From: a virus
Lineage: Duplodnaviria > Caudoviricetes
DNA length: 64,000 nt
Virus record (IMG/VR): IMGVR_UViG_3300017763_003980
Direction: 5' to 3' (one strand)
Shown: positions 46,001-54,763 of the stretch, one piece after another
How positions within the stretch are numbered: the stretch's first letter is position 1
Layout of the letters: each line of letters starts with the position of its first letter
Translations under genes and position numbers: made by a program
The notes under the pieces: model-generated
Databases searched by the model: none
The model's input: the letters and a program-made list of their open reading frames with translations, nothing else
Told to the model about the DNA's origin: nothing

Positions 46001-49000
46001 TCGCCTACTTTATATCCAGAACCTGTTGAAAAAATACTAATATTATCATAAGAACTAAAATTTCTTCTTAAACTAAACGTTGCACTTGTACCTACATTTG
46101 GTTGATTTGTCCCTGTTACTGCGAATGGTCCTGTTGGTTGTGCTGCTGTTCCTGTTATTGTTATGCCAGTTATTCTACCAGCTGCAACATCGTCAATTGA
46201 TGTAACTGTAGCTATTGCATCATTAGCAGGTGTTGCACCTCTTAAATTAGTTCCTAATAATTTAAGCTGTTGTCCAATATTATACCCTAGCCCTCCAGGA
46301 TTTTCAATCTGTATATTAGTATATTCAGTATCAGATAGCTCAACTGTAAATGTTGTTCCTGTACCTTGTCTAGCTGATCCGCTAACAGAGTTAGCAGTTC
46401 TTCCGTTATACGAAGTACCTGTAGTAGTATATGTTAAAATTGCACCATTAGCATCAACACTAACAATAGTGCCTGTAATATCGTTTGCTGGTGTTGCTCC
46501 TCCTAGTCCTGGTGCATTACCAGCAATAGTAAAAGTTTCTCCTGCAAGATAATTAAGTCCTCCACCGCCTGTGACAGTATAGCTTGCTCCGTTTATTGTT
46601 ACAGTAAATGTTGCTCCGCCATCTCCACCTGCTGTGTTAGAAGTAAAAGGTACTGTAGTATATTGATCAGATCTTTGTGGCGCAGAATTAGTAGTAAAGT
46701 CTATAGCCGAGATAGAACCTACTGCACCTACACTGGCTGCATTAAAGGTAATGTTAGCACCACCACCTCCGCCTAATACAGCATCAGCAATAGTAATTGT
46801 ATCTCCAGCAGTTACGCCTGTGCCTGCACTTACAATTGTAATTTCGTTTATATCAACATCGCCTGCTGTAGTGATACTTGCTACATCAAATGTTAACGCT
46901 GCGGCACCACCGCCTCCTAGATTAGCATCAGCAATAGTAATTGTATCACTTACCGCATTAGCAGAACCTATTGTAGCAATAGTAATACTTACTATCGAGC
47001 CGCCGCCACCTACTTGTATATTAAATGTGCCAACTGTACCTGAGCCACTACTTGTACCAGTTACGCCATTGTATGTTCCTAATGTACGACTAGCATCAGC
47101 AGCACCAATATTGTTTACACTAGTAATTCCTCCTGCAGGTCTTACAATAACATTATATGTAGATCCACCACCGCCTGTGCTTGCTACACCATTGTATGTA
47201 CCAGGAGTTCTGTTTGCAGGAACTTGTGTAAGGGTATTAATACTGAGTACCTCTCCGCCTGACGTCACTCCTGTAACAGTTACATAATTATTATTAAATT
47301 CTGAGGCGCCCGTAGGCTGAATTACATCTCCTGCTAATACAATAGTTTCCCCTATTAAGTAGCCGGATCCTGCATTATTAATAGTTACTCCAGTATATAC
47401 GCCATTCAAGTATGTAACATTAAAGTTTCCATTTATGCCTGCACCACCGTATGCTTCGTGTGAAACAACACCTAAATTAGCATAACCATTAAAACTTAAT
47501 CCTGATATGTCTGCTGTATTAATATCACCATCACTGTTAACACTAGTAACCACTAGTGTAACATCGTTTGCTGGAGTGTCGCCTCCGAAATCAGTTCCTA
47601 AGAATTTTATATTATCTCCAACCGCATAATTCAACCCGCCGTTAGTAATACTATTAAGTACATATTGGTTACTTGAATCTTGTGATGGAGAAATACTAAA
47701 TTCTGCACCATTACCATTAAATCCTACATTACTACCAGACACAGCACTATATGACACAATATTACCAAATCTTGGACTTGTAAAGTTACCGCTAAACTGT
47801 ATTCCTTTACCGCTTGCGCCTACACCTACTGTTTGTACATAAATTGCTGAGCCATCACCTCTATCTACCGCTTGGTTAACAGCTATTCCTGTAGTACTTT
47901 CTACTTCAAGTGTATCAGTACCTATAGCTGTTGTTGCTGTTGTAGTTGGTGTTAAAAATGTTCCTCCGCCAGCACTAGTATCAATTATTTGGGTAGCTTG
48001 AGAACCTACAGGAAGTCCAGCATGAGATAATGGAGAGCCAACTTCTGGAGCAGCTCCATCAAATGGGATAATTGTGCTACCAGGTAATACTGATAACTGT
48101 GTTACAAAACTACCAGATGACCCGTTACTTGCTATAGAAAAATCTGGCTGGCCGATGCTTGCTCCTGTATAAAACCCTGCTTTTCTTAGCTGACAATACG
48201 TAGTTACAAGCACTTCGCCATTAGATGTACCAACTTTAGCTTTTGCAAAGTAAGTAAATGTTTTATTTGTAGGTACAGTGTTTACAATAAAAGATCCTTC
48301 AGCCCTTGCTGCGCCAACAACACTATCTTCTAATGCTTTAATTGTAATAGGTTGCCCTGGCTCAAAGCCGTGTGCAACTACTGTTGTAACTGTAATTAAG
48401 CTTGCACCAATACCTGATGTACCTGAACTTGCATCTGTTACAACATTTTCTACTGCTGTGTTTGTCGCTGGTATTTCGTATACACTTGGATATCCGCGTA
48501 ACGTGCCAATAGCAGACCATTTAGTTGGCTGTAGACCATACTCAAAGTCAGCATCAAGCATACTTAAAGGATTAGCAATACGCATACGTTCAATAGCATC
48601 TGTGCCAAAGTCATATGGTCTAGTTGTTACAACACTTTTTCCATTTTCAACCTGTTCAACAAATACTTGTAAATGATCTGTTGATAGGTGCGAGCTTGTG
48701 TCGTAATTAAACCAAATTTTAGTTATAGCATCAGTAGTTTGTAAATAAGTGCTAAAATCCTTATCATATCCTTTAGTAATTAATTTTGCATCAGCACCGT
48801 TTTCAGAATTTGAAAAGTTATAAATAATTTCATTTTTTGTAGTATTAGTTATAAGAAGTAATTCATCTAATCCCCAACGCCCTTGTACTTTTATACTACC
48901 AACACCGCTTTCAACAAGTGTCGGAAGTTGATCAAGGCCTAGTGTAATAACATCGATAATAATAGCACTAAGTTCATTAATTCTAGGAATTGCACCAGCT

Positions 49001-49449
49001 TCGGCATTATCGCCACTAGTATCAGTTGTTTGAATTACTCCTGTTTGATTACCAGAGTATGCAGTATTAGTAAAAATATAATCTCTAATTATTTCTTTTA
49101 TTTTGGCATGAGTTTGTATTTCAGGCTGTCGGTCGCCGTCAACTTGTGCTACAGAGCCTTCCCAATAATAACTTGCTATTTTTCTTGTTTCTTCATTGCC
49201 ACTATATCGTAAATCCCACAAGTAAGCATCAATTACATATCCTACATCTCTTTCACATTTAGCTTCGTTATATACATACCCTGCAAATCCTGTTGCGTTC
49301 GCAGCCACTTGTGCAGCTATCCATGCTGTTGCTTCTTTTTGTATATAATACTTGTTACCATATAGTAGAGCATATGCATTTGGATAAACATATCCTGTTC
49401 TACTCATTCCTGGCTTGAAGACGTAATCTTTTATCTGTGTTTTTGCCAT
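43072..49449 (-). CDS. Very large virion structural protein (tail fibre/baseplate appendage), 2125 aa
   Basis: KCERDVGY and DADFEYG motifs typical of large T4-like phage structural proteins; Gly/Thr/Ser-rich central repeats. Confidence 0.8.
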   Translation of the reverse strand: MAKTQIKDYVFKPGMSRTGYVYPNAYALLYGNKYYIQKEATAWIAAQVAANATGFAGYVYNEAKCERDVGYVIDAYLWDLRYSGNEETRKIASYYWEGSVAQVDGDRQPEIQTHAKIKEIIRDYIFTNTAYSGNQTGVIQTTDTSGDNAEAGAIPRINELSAIIIDVITLGLDQLPTLVESGVGSIKVQGRWGLDELLLITNTTKNEIIYNFSNSENGADAKLITKGYDKDFSTYLQTTDAITKIWFNYDTSSHLSTDHLQVFVEQVENGKSVVTTRPYDFGTDAIERMRIANPLSMLDADFEYGLQPTKWSAIGTLRGYPSVYEIPATNTAVENVVTDASSGTSGIGASLITVTTVVAHGFEPGQPITIKALEDSVVGAARAEGSFIVNTVPTNKTFTYFAKAKVGTSNGEVLVTTYCQLRKAGFYTGASIGQPDFSIASNGSSGSFVTQLSVLPGSTIIPFDGAAPEVGSPLSHAGLPVGSQATQIIDTSAGGGTFLTPTTTATTAIGTDTLEVESTTGIAVNQAVDRGDGSAIYVQTVGVGASGKGIQFSGNFTSPRFGNIVSYSAVSGSNVGFNGNGAEFSISPSQDSSNQYVLNSITNGGLNYAVGDNIKFLGTDFGGDTPANDVTLVVTSVNSDGDINTADISGLSFNGYANLGVVSHEAYGGAGINGNFNVTYLNGVYTGVTINNAGSGYLIGETIVLAGDVIQPTGASEFNNNYVTVTGVTSGGEVLSINTLTQVPANRTPGTYNGVASTGGGGSTYNVIVRPAGGITSVNNIGAADASRTLGTYNGVTGTSSGSGTVGTFNIQVGGGGSIVSITIATIGSANAVSDTITIADANLGGGGAAALTFDVASITTAGDVDINEITIVSAGTGVTAGDTITIADAVLGGGGGANITFNAASVGAVGSISAIDFTTNSAPQRSDQYTTVPFTSNTAGGDGGATFTVTINGASYTVTGGGGLNYLAGETFTIAGNAPGLGGATPANDITGTIVSVDANGAILTYTTTGTSYNGRTANSVSGSARQGTGTTFTVELSDTEYTNIQIENPGGLGYNIGQQLKLLGTNLRGATPANDAIATVTSIDDVAAGRITGITITGTAAQPTGPFAVTGTNQPNVGTSATFSLRRNFSSYDNISIFSTGSGYKVGDRINIPGTLLEGSSPLNDVELYVNGASNGGITSVAANYTIANPGTNIDIISTITVSEATSSFINVDQTISYAALATIDMNWPAAHGLVPGDTFIVNITSDSGTNNHELASGSFFATEVPSVTSLRYQARTTGAITVDASNVLQGIVYPRPDSFFVHRPYDGGVQLGTGGPQHGAQAIRQSKKYIRYQSGKGIMYTTGALFAPSYDLQSVVADGVELDSLITITTDDNDHGVQVGGVIRLLGIETEGYNSGVSTGVGEEFDYTVSSVVDERTFKVRAKRRLGATTAVLGFSAQMSVVSWHGATVRSGIFDDQNGIFWEFDGTQISAVQRTGTKQIAGTIALNVDENAIVGTNTRFRDQLKAGDRIIIKGMTHVVSHVSSDTAMSVTPDWRGVINITGAKVALVSDKKAKQSEFNLDRLDGTGPSGYNMDIAKMQMIGIQYTWYGAGFIDWMVRGSNGNFVFAHRMRNSNVNTEAFMRSGNLPVRYEVTNEGPPGKLKTQMDASQTTIELEDSSFFPYQATVYIDNEVMTYTANNKETNTLTGVSRAANLLTFQAGAERSYTGGSAVTHLARTGVVIISQTITPLISHWGSAFLTDGGFDEDRGYIFSYAETGITVSTTKQTAFMMRLAPSVSNAITGDLGERELLNRAQLLLNGLEVTSDTGSGGIVIEGVLNPNNYPLNPSDVNWTGLNGVAQGGQPSFAQIASGGGVTWTDGTSATTANITSVASITGQFGTRPSYVGGYNNNYYIYINPQEYFATFGTTDTSIVEGKVITGTNIPANTTIDYGYISGQNSNDWAYFRLSRRLSGQISGSSSNHFTVTFNAALVNKNYGYFTTSSVDSASAIVGTAVTGGNNGLTFPANTYINSIQSITWGGNTFYEINFNNSYTGTLALSSGTVEVTFEQPPFARPGETVFSFIAVPGERSTLDLKDLKELTNTPLGGRGTFPNGPDVLAINVYKVTGSDINSNIIIKWGEAQA
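45930..47660 (-). repeat. About seven imperfect coding repeats GxGYxxGDxIxxxGxxLGGxTPAND
   Basis: For example GLNYAVGDNIKFLGTDFGGDTPAND, GLNYLAGETFTIAG..GGATPAND, GLGYNIGQQLKLLGTNLRGATPAND and GSGYKVGDRINIPG..GSSPLND. Confidence 0.75.
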
Positions 49450-49455
49450 ATTATT

Positions 49456-50322
49456 CTAAATCCCAAATGCTATTGCAAACGCTGTCGACGTTGTATCTAC
49501 ATATTTTTTGTTAGGCACTGCATTAATTCCTGTAACTGCTCCGCTTAGTGTAGCTGTTGTAAATGCAGCTGTTGACGGTGTTGTTGCTCCGATAGTTGAG
49601 TTATCTATTGCACTGTTATTTATAGGACCTACTATCCTACCAGCAACACTATCGATTAGTAATGTGCTATCATCTGAAAAAACTGAGCCTTTTAAATCAC
49701 CCGTCACTCCCCCGGTAGCTGAAATCATATTAGCTACACTCATAGTTCCGCCTACATTTACATTTCCTTGTATTCCTGTTCCGCCTGTAACCTTTAAGGC
49801 ACCAGTTGTTGTACTAGTACTTGCTGTTGAGTCAGTAATACCTACTGTACTAAAATTTCTTGCTTGATCTAAAACTGTAATAACGCCACGCACACTGCCG
49901 GAAGAATTACCATAATAAAGAGTATCTGGAGCACTTAATGGAACGGTCCATGTAAGCCTTCCGGATGATTTATTTAGTGCCGAAGCTCCAACAGTACTAT
50001 CACTGTGACGTAGTCCGTTACTATAGTTTATAGCTGGATCTACTGCACTAAAAATATTAAATGTAAGAGTAGTAAATGCTAAATCAAATGTACTAGTTTG
50101 ATTTCTAAAAACCGTAATAGGAGGTTGATCTATTACTTGTCCATCAAATCTAAAATTACCATTGCTTTCTATAAAATCAAAGTCAGCTGCAATACCTTGC
50201 TCGTCTGCATTAACAGACAACGTTAAAGTAGTTGCAGTAATGTTTCCTGCCGCATCAACAGTAAAACTAGGGCTTTTAAAGCCGAAGTCTGATCTTAAAG
50301 GTGTATTAACAGTCGTTGACAT
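49456..50322 (-). CDS. Fibre-like virion protein
   Basis: STSTTTGALKVTGGTGIQGNVNVGG, LKGSVFSDDS and NKKYVD fibre motifs; late box upstream. Confidence 0.7.
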   Translation of the reverse strand: MSTTVNTPLRSDFGFKSPSFTVDAAGNITATTLTLSVNADEQGIAADFDFIESNGNFRFDGQVIDQPPITVFRNQTSTFDLAFTTLTFNIFSAVDPAINYSNGLRHSDSTVGASALNKSSGRLTWTVPLSAPDTLYYGNSSGSVRGVITVLDQARNFSTVGITDSTASTSTTTGALKVTGGTGIQGNVNVGGTMSVANMISATGGVTGDLKGSVFSDDSTLLIDSVAGRIVGPINNSAIDNSTIGATTPSTAAFTTATLSGAVTGINAVPNKKYVDTTSTAFAIAFGI

Positions 50323-50361
50323 TTGTTACTCCATATAGTATATTTAGCCTACTTAGGAATG

Positions 50362-50763
50362 TCAACTAGTTAACGGATTTTGATTTTGAAAGTAATTTGC
50401 AGTGAAAATAAACTTAGCACCTTCGTATCCTGTCTTAGCTGATATTAATAAGTCTACATACGATTGGTTAACTGTTACTGATAAGTCTACAAGATCATTA
50501 CCCAAATTACTTCGACCAACTACACTTAGATTAGCATAATCCACACCGACTGCAACAATACATTTTACAATTTCTTTATTGGCATTGTTATAATCAATTG
50601 AAATAGTAAATTCTGCTGCACTAAATTCGCCGGCGTGCCAACGCTCTACTTGTGTGTTTGTGTAAGCTTGTTTCCAGGGTCCGTTGTGAGAAGTAGCACC
50701 ATTGTTTGTTACTAATAGTGTTTTTTTGATACCTTCTTTAAAGTAATTTGCGATATTAAACAT
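50362..50763 (-). CDS. Small beta-rich hypothetical protein, probably structural
   Basis: GATAAATA at 50789-50782 with an SD; lies among the tail genes. Confidence 0.65.
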   Translation of the reverse strand: MFNIANYFKEGIKKTLLVTNNGATSHNGPWKQAYTNTQVERWHAGEFSAAEFTISIDYNNANKEIVKCIVAVGVDYANLSVVGRSNLGNDLVDLSVTVNQSYVDLLISAKTGYEGAKFIFTANYFQNQNPLTS

Positions 50764-50787
50764 AATGATCCTTTGTCATTATATTTA

Positions 50788-52614
50788 TCAGTTATTCCAT
50801 ACTGTAATAAGCTTGTTAAATTCAGGCAAATATAAATATTCAATATCACTAGTAGATAGAGTACGTATAGCATCATCTAAGGTTTCTACTAATGGTTCTC
50901 CTCCTAAATTAAAACTTGTGTTAAAGATGATAGGAACGCCTGTTTTTTCTTTGAATGTTTTTATAATATCGTAGTAATGAGGATTTTGTTCTCTACTTAC
51001 TGTTTGAATCCTGCATGTACCGTCAACGTGTATAATAGCAGGAATTTTCTCTTCGACTCCTGGTTGACAATTTACAGCATACATCATCGTAGGTGAACTT
51101 TCCATGCCACGCAGATCAAACCATTCATGTGCATCCTCTTCAAGTATACTACCAGCAAATGGTCTAAAATATTCTCTACGTTTAATTTCGTTTACAAAGT
51201 CTTTGCCGTCTTCAAATGTTGGATCAAACATTAAGCTTCTATTTCCTAATGCACGTGGTCCATTTTCAGATCTGCCTTGAAAGTTTGCAACAATATTCTT
51301 AGAAGTCATTAGTGCTACAACATCTTCGTGTGTAGCGTCTTTTATTTCTGCGTCATATTTTTCTACTGTGCTATAAACATCTTGTTCTGAATATTCGTAT
51401 TTAGGTCCTAAAAATACATCATTAGCACGATTATTTACTTTTGTATCTTGACTAATTTTATAGTGTTGATACAATGCCGCCCCCATCGCTGTTCCGGCAT
51501 CATTAGAAATAGGTTCTACATAAATTTCAATACCTTCATCTTTTAAAGCATCTAAGTAATGATAATTTGCAACACAATTTAATCCATATCCGCCGCTAAT
51601 TACAACTTTGTTTTGTTTTGATATTTTCACAGCATGTCTAATAAGTTTTACTACAGCCTCTTGTGTCGCTTGCTGTACAGCATATGCCAAATCTCTTCTA
51701 TTTTGCAAATATGTAACATCGTCTTGATCAAATTCTAGATCAACCTCATCACTATTTAATTCTTTATATTGTGGCATATTGATTACAGCACCATTAGGAT
51801 ATCTTGGAACAATTAAATTTCTATTAGTAAGAGGTATATTCATATTACTATCATTATCCATAATAGAAGGAATATTATCATTAGGTTTGCCGTAAGGTGA
51901 TAGCCCCATTGTTTTTCCAGCTTCAATTGCTGTAAATCCGCAATATTCTGTAACAGCTTCATATGCTTTTACAATTCCTGCACGATCGTGCATAAATGTA
52001 TTATACACTGCACCCGGGTCGTCCCAGCCATCACCGCCCCAGTTATCAATGTTAACAGAAGGTATTGCATCTCTAGCGCCTAAACTTTTATGCAAAGTTT
52101 TAAAGTTTGCTGGGTAATTACATTTATAAATGCTTTCAGTTTCCCATATAGTCATTTGATCATTTTGATGTTGTAAAGGGAAAAATGTTCCAGCGCCGTC
52201 AACAATAAGTGCAACTGCACTATCAAATCCTGATCTATAAAATGCCATTGCGGCATGCATTTTATGATGGTGCATAGCTACATCAACTACTTGACCTTCT
52301 GTTCGAGGATCTTCTGAATTTCTTCTAGGGGTCTCAATCAGTCCTATTTTTCTTGCAAGACCGCTATACACATCTTCACCAGAATAATCTAATATTCCTG
52401 CGGTATTTAATGGAGTAGTATGACAAATAACCAAATGATCAAGTTTATCAGTATACTCTTTAATTTTAAGCATACTAGCTAATGCGCCGCCATCGTACTT
52501 TAAACGTGTTAGTCTTTCTTCTTCAATACTGAATACAATCTTGCCATCTTTAAGTAAGCATACTCCTGAGTTATGCCCTCTAGCTACACCTGCAATCCAA
52601 ACTGGCTTAGTCAT
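50788..52614 (-). CDS. O-carbamoyltransferase (NodU/CmcH/TobZ family)
   Basis: GHNS, EEERLTR, HHKMHA, DGAG, GKTMGLSPYG, GGYGLNCVAN, GPRALGNRS, KRREYFRPFA and NTSFN. Confidence 0.95.
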   Translation of the reverse strand: MTKPVWIAGVARGHNSGVCLLKDGKIVFSIEEERLTRLKYDGGALASMLKIKEYTDKLDHLVICHTTPLNTAGILDYSGEDVYSGLARKIGLIETPRRNSEDPRTEGQVVDVAMHHHKMHAAMAFYRSGFDSAVALIVDGAGTFFPLQHQNDQMTIWETESIYKCNYPANFKTLHKSLGARDAIPSVNIDNWGGDGWDDPGAVYNTFMHDRAGIVKAYEAVTEYCGFTAIEAGKTMGLSPYGKPNDNIPSIMDNDSNMNIPLTNRNLIVPRYPNGAVINMPQYKELNSDEVDLEFDQDDVTYLQNRRDLAYAVQQATQEAVVKLIRHAVKISKQNKVVISGGYGLNCVANYHYLDALKDEGIEIYVEPISNDAGTAMGAALYQHYKISQDTKVNNRANDVFLGPKYEYSEQDVYSTVEKYDAEIKDATHEDVVALMTSKNIVANFQGRSENGPRALGNRSLMFDPTFEDGKDFVNEIKRREYFRPFAGSILEEDAHEWFDLRGMESSPTMMYAVNCQPGVEEKIPAIIHVDGTCRIQTVSREQNPHYYDIIKTFKEKTGVPIIFNTSFNLGGEPLVETLDDAIRTLSTSDIEYLYLPEFNKLITVWNN

Positions 52615-52626
52615 ATTTTTTCTATC

Positions 52627-53562
52627 CTAATTAATATCTTTTTTAATTTCTTCAACAATATGTTTTTCTATTTGATCATTCATTTGCATTATACCTTCAT
52701 TTACTCTATCTGAATATTCATCAATTGTAATACGTATAGGACTGTAAACTCTTGATATTTCTCCCATATCAAGAACATTAAAAAAGTCGCAATCAGGATA
52801 AGATGTATTAATAGGAAAAGTACTTCCTATAATAACAGTACTTGGTACATCAAATGCATAAGCCATATGCTGTCCTACACTGTCACAACCTACAAAATGA
52901 TCTGCTTCTGCAATAATTGAACACCAAGTTCTAAGATCTATTCCTTGAGGCACTGCAATTTGTCTGTCAACGCCATGTTTTTTAAAGTCAATTGCTAGCT
53001 CTCCCATAAAAATAATTGCATAATCATTACTAATATTTTTTATAATATTAATTAAGTTAGTTGGTTCAATACTTCTACCGCTATAATCAGTAAGTGTTCC
53101 GTTTTGTTCTGTAATTCCTCTACCAAACGGTTGAATAACGATAGCTTTTTCACATTTAGTTTTTTCTTTTACTTCTTTAATTACTTGGCCAGCTTGTAGC
53201 AGTTCACCTTTACTAAGTCTAATAGTTGGTTTAGGTAAATCTCTAATGCCTTTATTATTAATAGCAATATCATATGCTTGTGCTAAACTACATTTTTGGT
53301 TATAATATTCCCAAACTCTGTAAGGTTCAGGACTTGCTAAATTCATATCTTTTAACTTATCTTCAAACAAGTTTTTATGCCAATGATCATATGCTTTAGC
53401 ATGTAGTAAAGGGTGTCCTTTAAAAAAATCTGTGCCGCCTTCACATATAATTAGAAAATCGTCATCTGGATTTTCTTCATGAAATTTTTCTAGTGCAGGT
53501 ATTGAACATACTACTCTTCCTGCGCCACCGTTAACAAAAAATGCTGTGTTTCTTTCTGACAT
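52627..53562 (-). CDS. GT9 (ADP-heptose heptosyltransferase-like) glycosyltransferase
   Basis: GGAGRVVCSIPAL, VIQPFG and ADHFVGCDSVGQHMAYAFDVPSTVIIG. Confidence 0.75.
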   Translation of the reverse strand: MSERNTAFFVNGGAGRVVCSIPALEKFHEENPDDDFLIICEGGTDFFKGHPLLHAKAYDHWHKNLFEDKLKDMNLASPEPYRVWEYYNQKCSLAQAYDIAINNKGIRDLPKPTIRLSKGELLQAGQVIKEVKEKTKCEKAIVIQPFGRGITEQNGTLTDYSGRSIEPTNLINIIKNISNDYAIIFMGELAIDFKKHGVDRQIAVPQGIDLRTWCSIIAEADHFVGCDSVGQHMAYAFDVPSTVIIGSTFPINTSYPDCDFFNVLDMGEISRVYSPIRITIDEYSDRVNEGIMQMNDQIEKHIVEEIKKDIN

Positions 53563-53614
53563 ATTTCTAAAATCCTATTGTTATAAACTGTGTACTTAAT
53601 TACAACTACATGAA

Positions 53615-53622
53615 TATTTATA
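53615..53622 (-). promoter_or_regulatory. Exact T4 late box TATAAATA upstream of the GT9-carbamoyltransferase pair
   Basis: Reads tatttata on the plus strand, just downstream of the hairpin at 53652. Confidence 0.75.
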
Positions 53623-53651
53623 TATGAATTATTTTAGAGATGGTCAAAGTG

Positions 53652-53671
53652 AAAGGCGCCTAAGCGCCTTT
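53652..53671 (-). terminator. Terminator-like hairpin ending the Cys-rich/chaperone operon
   Basis: AAAGGCGC-TTAG-GCGCCTTT followed by CACTTTG. Confidence 0.7.
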
Positions 53672-53692
53672 GACTGTGTAAGTTTTAAGTGT

Positions 53693-54754
53693 TTAATCTA
53701 GTAAATCTGAAACATCAATATATAGTTCATGCGATGTATCATGGAAATATTTTTTCATTTCTGGATCTGCGATTTCATCTACTAAATGATCTGGATTATC
53801 ATCATCTGCTCTAGCTTCTACAAAATCAACATCTTGAACAAAATCAGGTTTAACAGGATTAGAATCCCACTGTGTTTTCCAAGGATCAACTTGCTTAATT
53901 TTAGTAAGTGTAACTTTTGCTCCTGTACCTGCACCGTTAGTTACGAAGAAACATTCAGTATATGTAGCTGCTTCGGGGTGATATAATGCTCGTTTATTAG
54001 AAGCAGTAAATCCTGTGATAGCTCCATCACCATCAACTGCATCAACAGTTATTTTAACTTCATCAACTACTGTAGTATTTTTATATTTAGGATCTTGTAC
54101 TAGTAGTACATCACCTACTGCGTATCCAGTTCCACCTGTAGGAATAGTTGCTGTCCAGTCAACACCAGTTAGTTCTAACACATCTCTCAAATACTGTTTG
54201 TGTGCTGTTACTGCATTATATAGATCAGTTGGTAAATCGTCTGATAAAGTTTTGTCTGCTACTGCTAAAAGAACATTTCTAAAAGCAATTCTTTCTGGCC
54301 ACGTTATAAAAGGTTTTTTCCAAGGGTATGGTTTTACAAAATCTTTTGCAATAGGATCATACACTATTTCACTCATTTCATATGCGTGTGCAGGATCAGG
54401 AAATGCATCACTAGTATGTTTTCTTGTTTGTCCTGGAACATCTTCTTCTTTGTCTGGAATAGCCTGTTGTGATGTGCCTCCGAATATGCTACAAATCTCA
54501 GGATTATCTTTTGCGTCTACTTCTATTAGATAACAGTCTGTGTTGCCCGGCATTGGCAAATTTCCATCGTATACCAACTTTGCAGCGATTTCATCTGGAT
54601 ATTCTGAATGTATAGTATTTGTTGTATTGTTAATCCATAAATATTTTTTAGCAGGACCTTTATACTTTATCCTACCAATTTTGTTTTGATCAGCAGTTTG
54701 ATGATATTGTTCATCTGGAACCGGATATTCAAATTGTATTGTTATTTCACTCAT
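53693..54754 (-). CDS. Tail fibre assembly chaperone-like protein with an inserted fibre-type module
   Basis: RNVLLAVADKTLSDDLP..HKQYLRD (Tfa-like); paralog of 56376..57053. Confidence 0.6.
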   Translation of the reverse strand: MSEITIQFEYPVPDEQYHQTADQNKIGRIKYKGPAKKYLWINNTTNTIHSEYPDEIAAKLVYDGNLPMPGNTDCYLIEVDAKDNPEICSIFGGTSQQAIPDKEEDVPGQTRKHTSDAFPDPAHAYEMSEIVYDPIAKDFVKPYPWKKPFITWPERIAFRNVLLAVADKTLSDDLPTDLYNAVTAHKQYLRDVLELTGVDWTATIPTGGTGYAVGDVLLVQDPKYKNTTVVDEVKITVDAVDGDGAITGFTASNKRALYHPEAATYTECFFVTNGAGTGAKVTLTKIKQVDPWKTQWDSNPVKPDFVQDVDFVEARADDDNPDHLVDEIADPEMKKYFHDTSHELYIDVSDLLD

Positions 54755-54763
54755 AATTTTTCC

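Noticed and set aside
46163-47287. Plus-strand 129-aa and 178-aa ORFs inside the 2125-aa gene
   Set aside because: They are shadows of the Gly/Thr-rich repeats.
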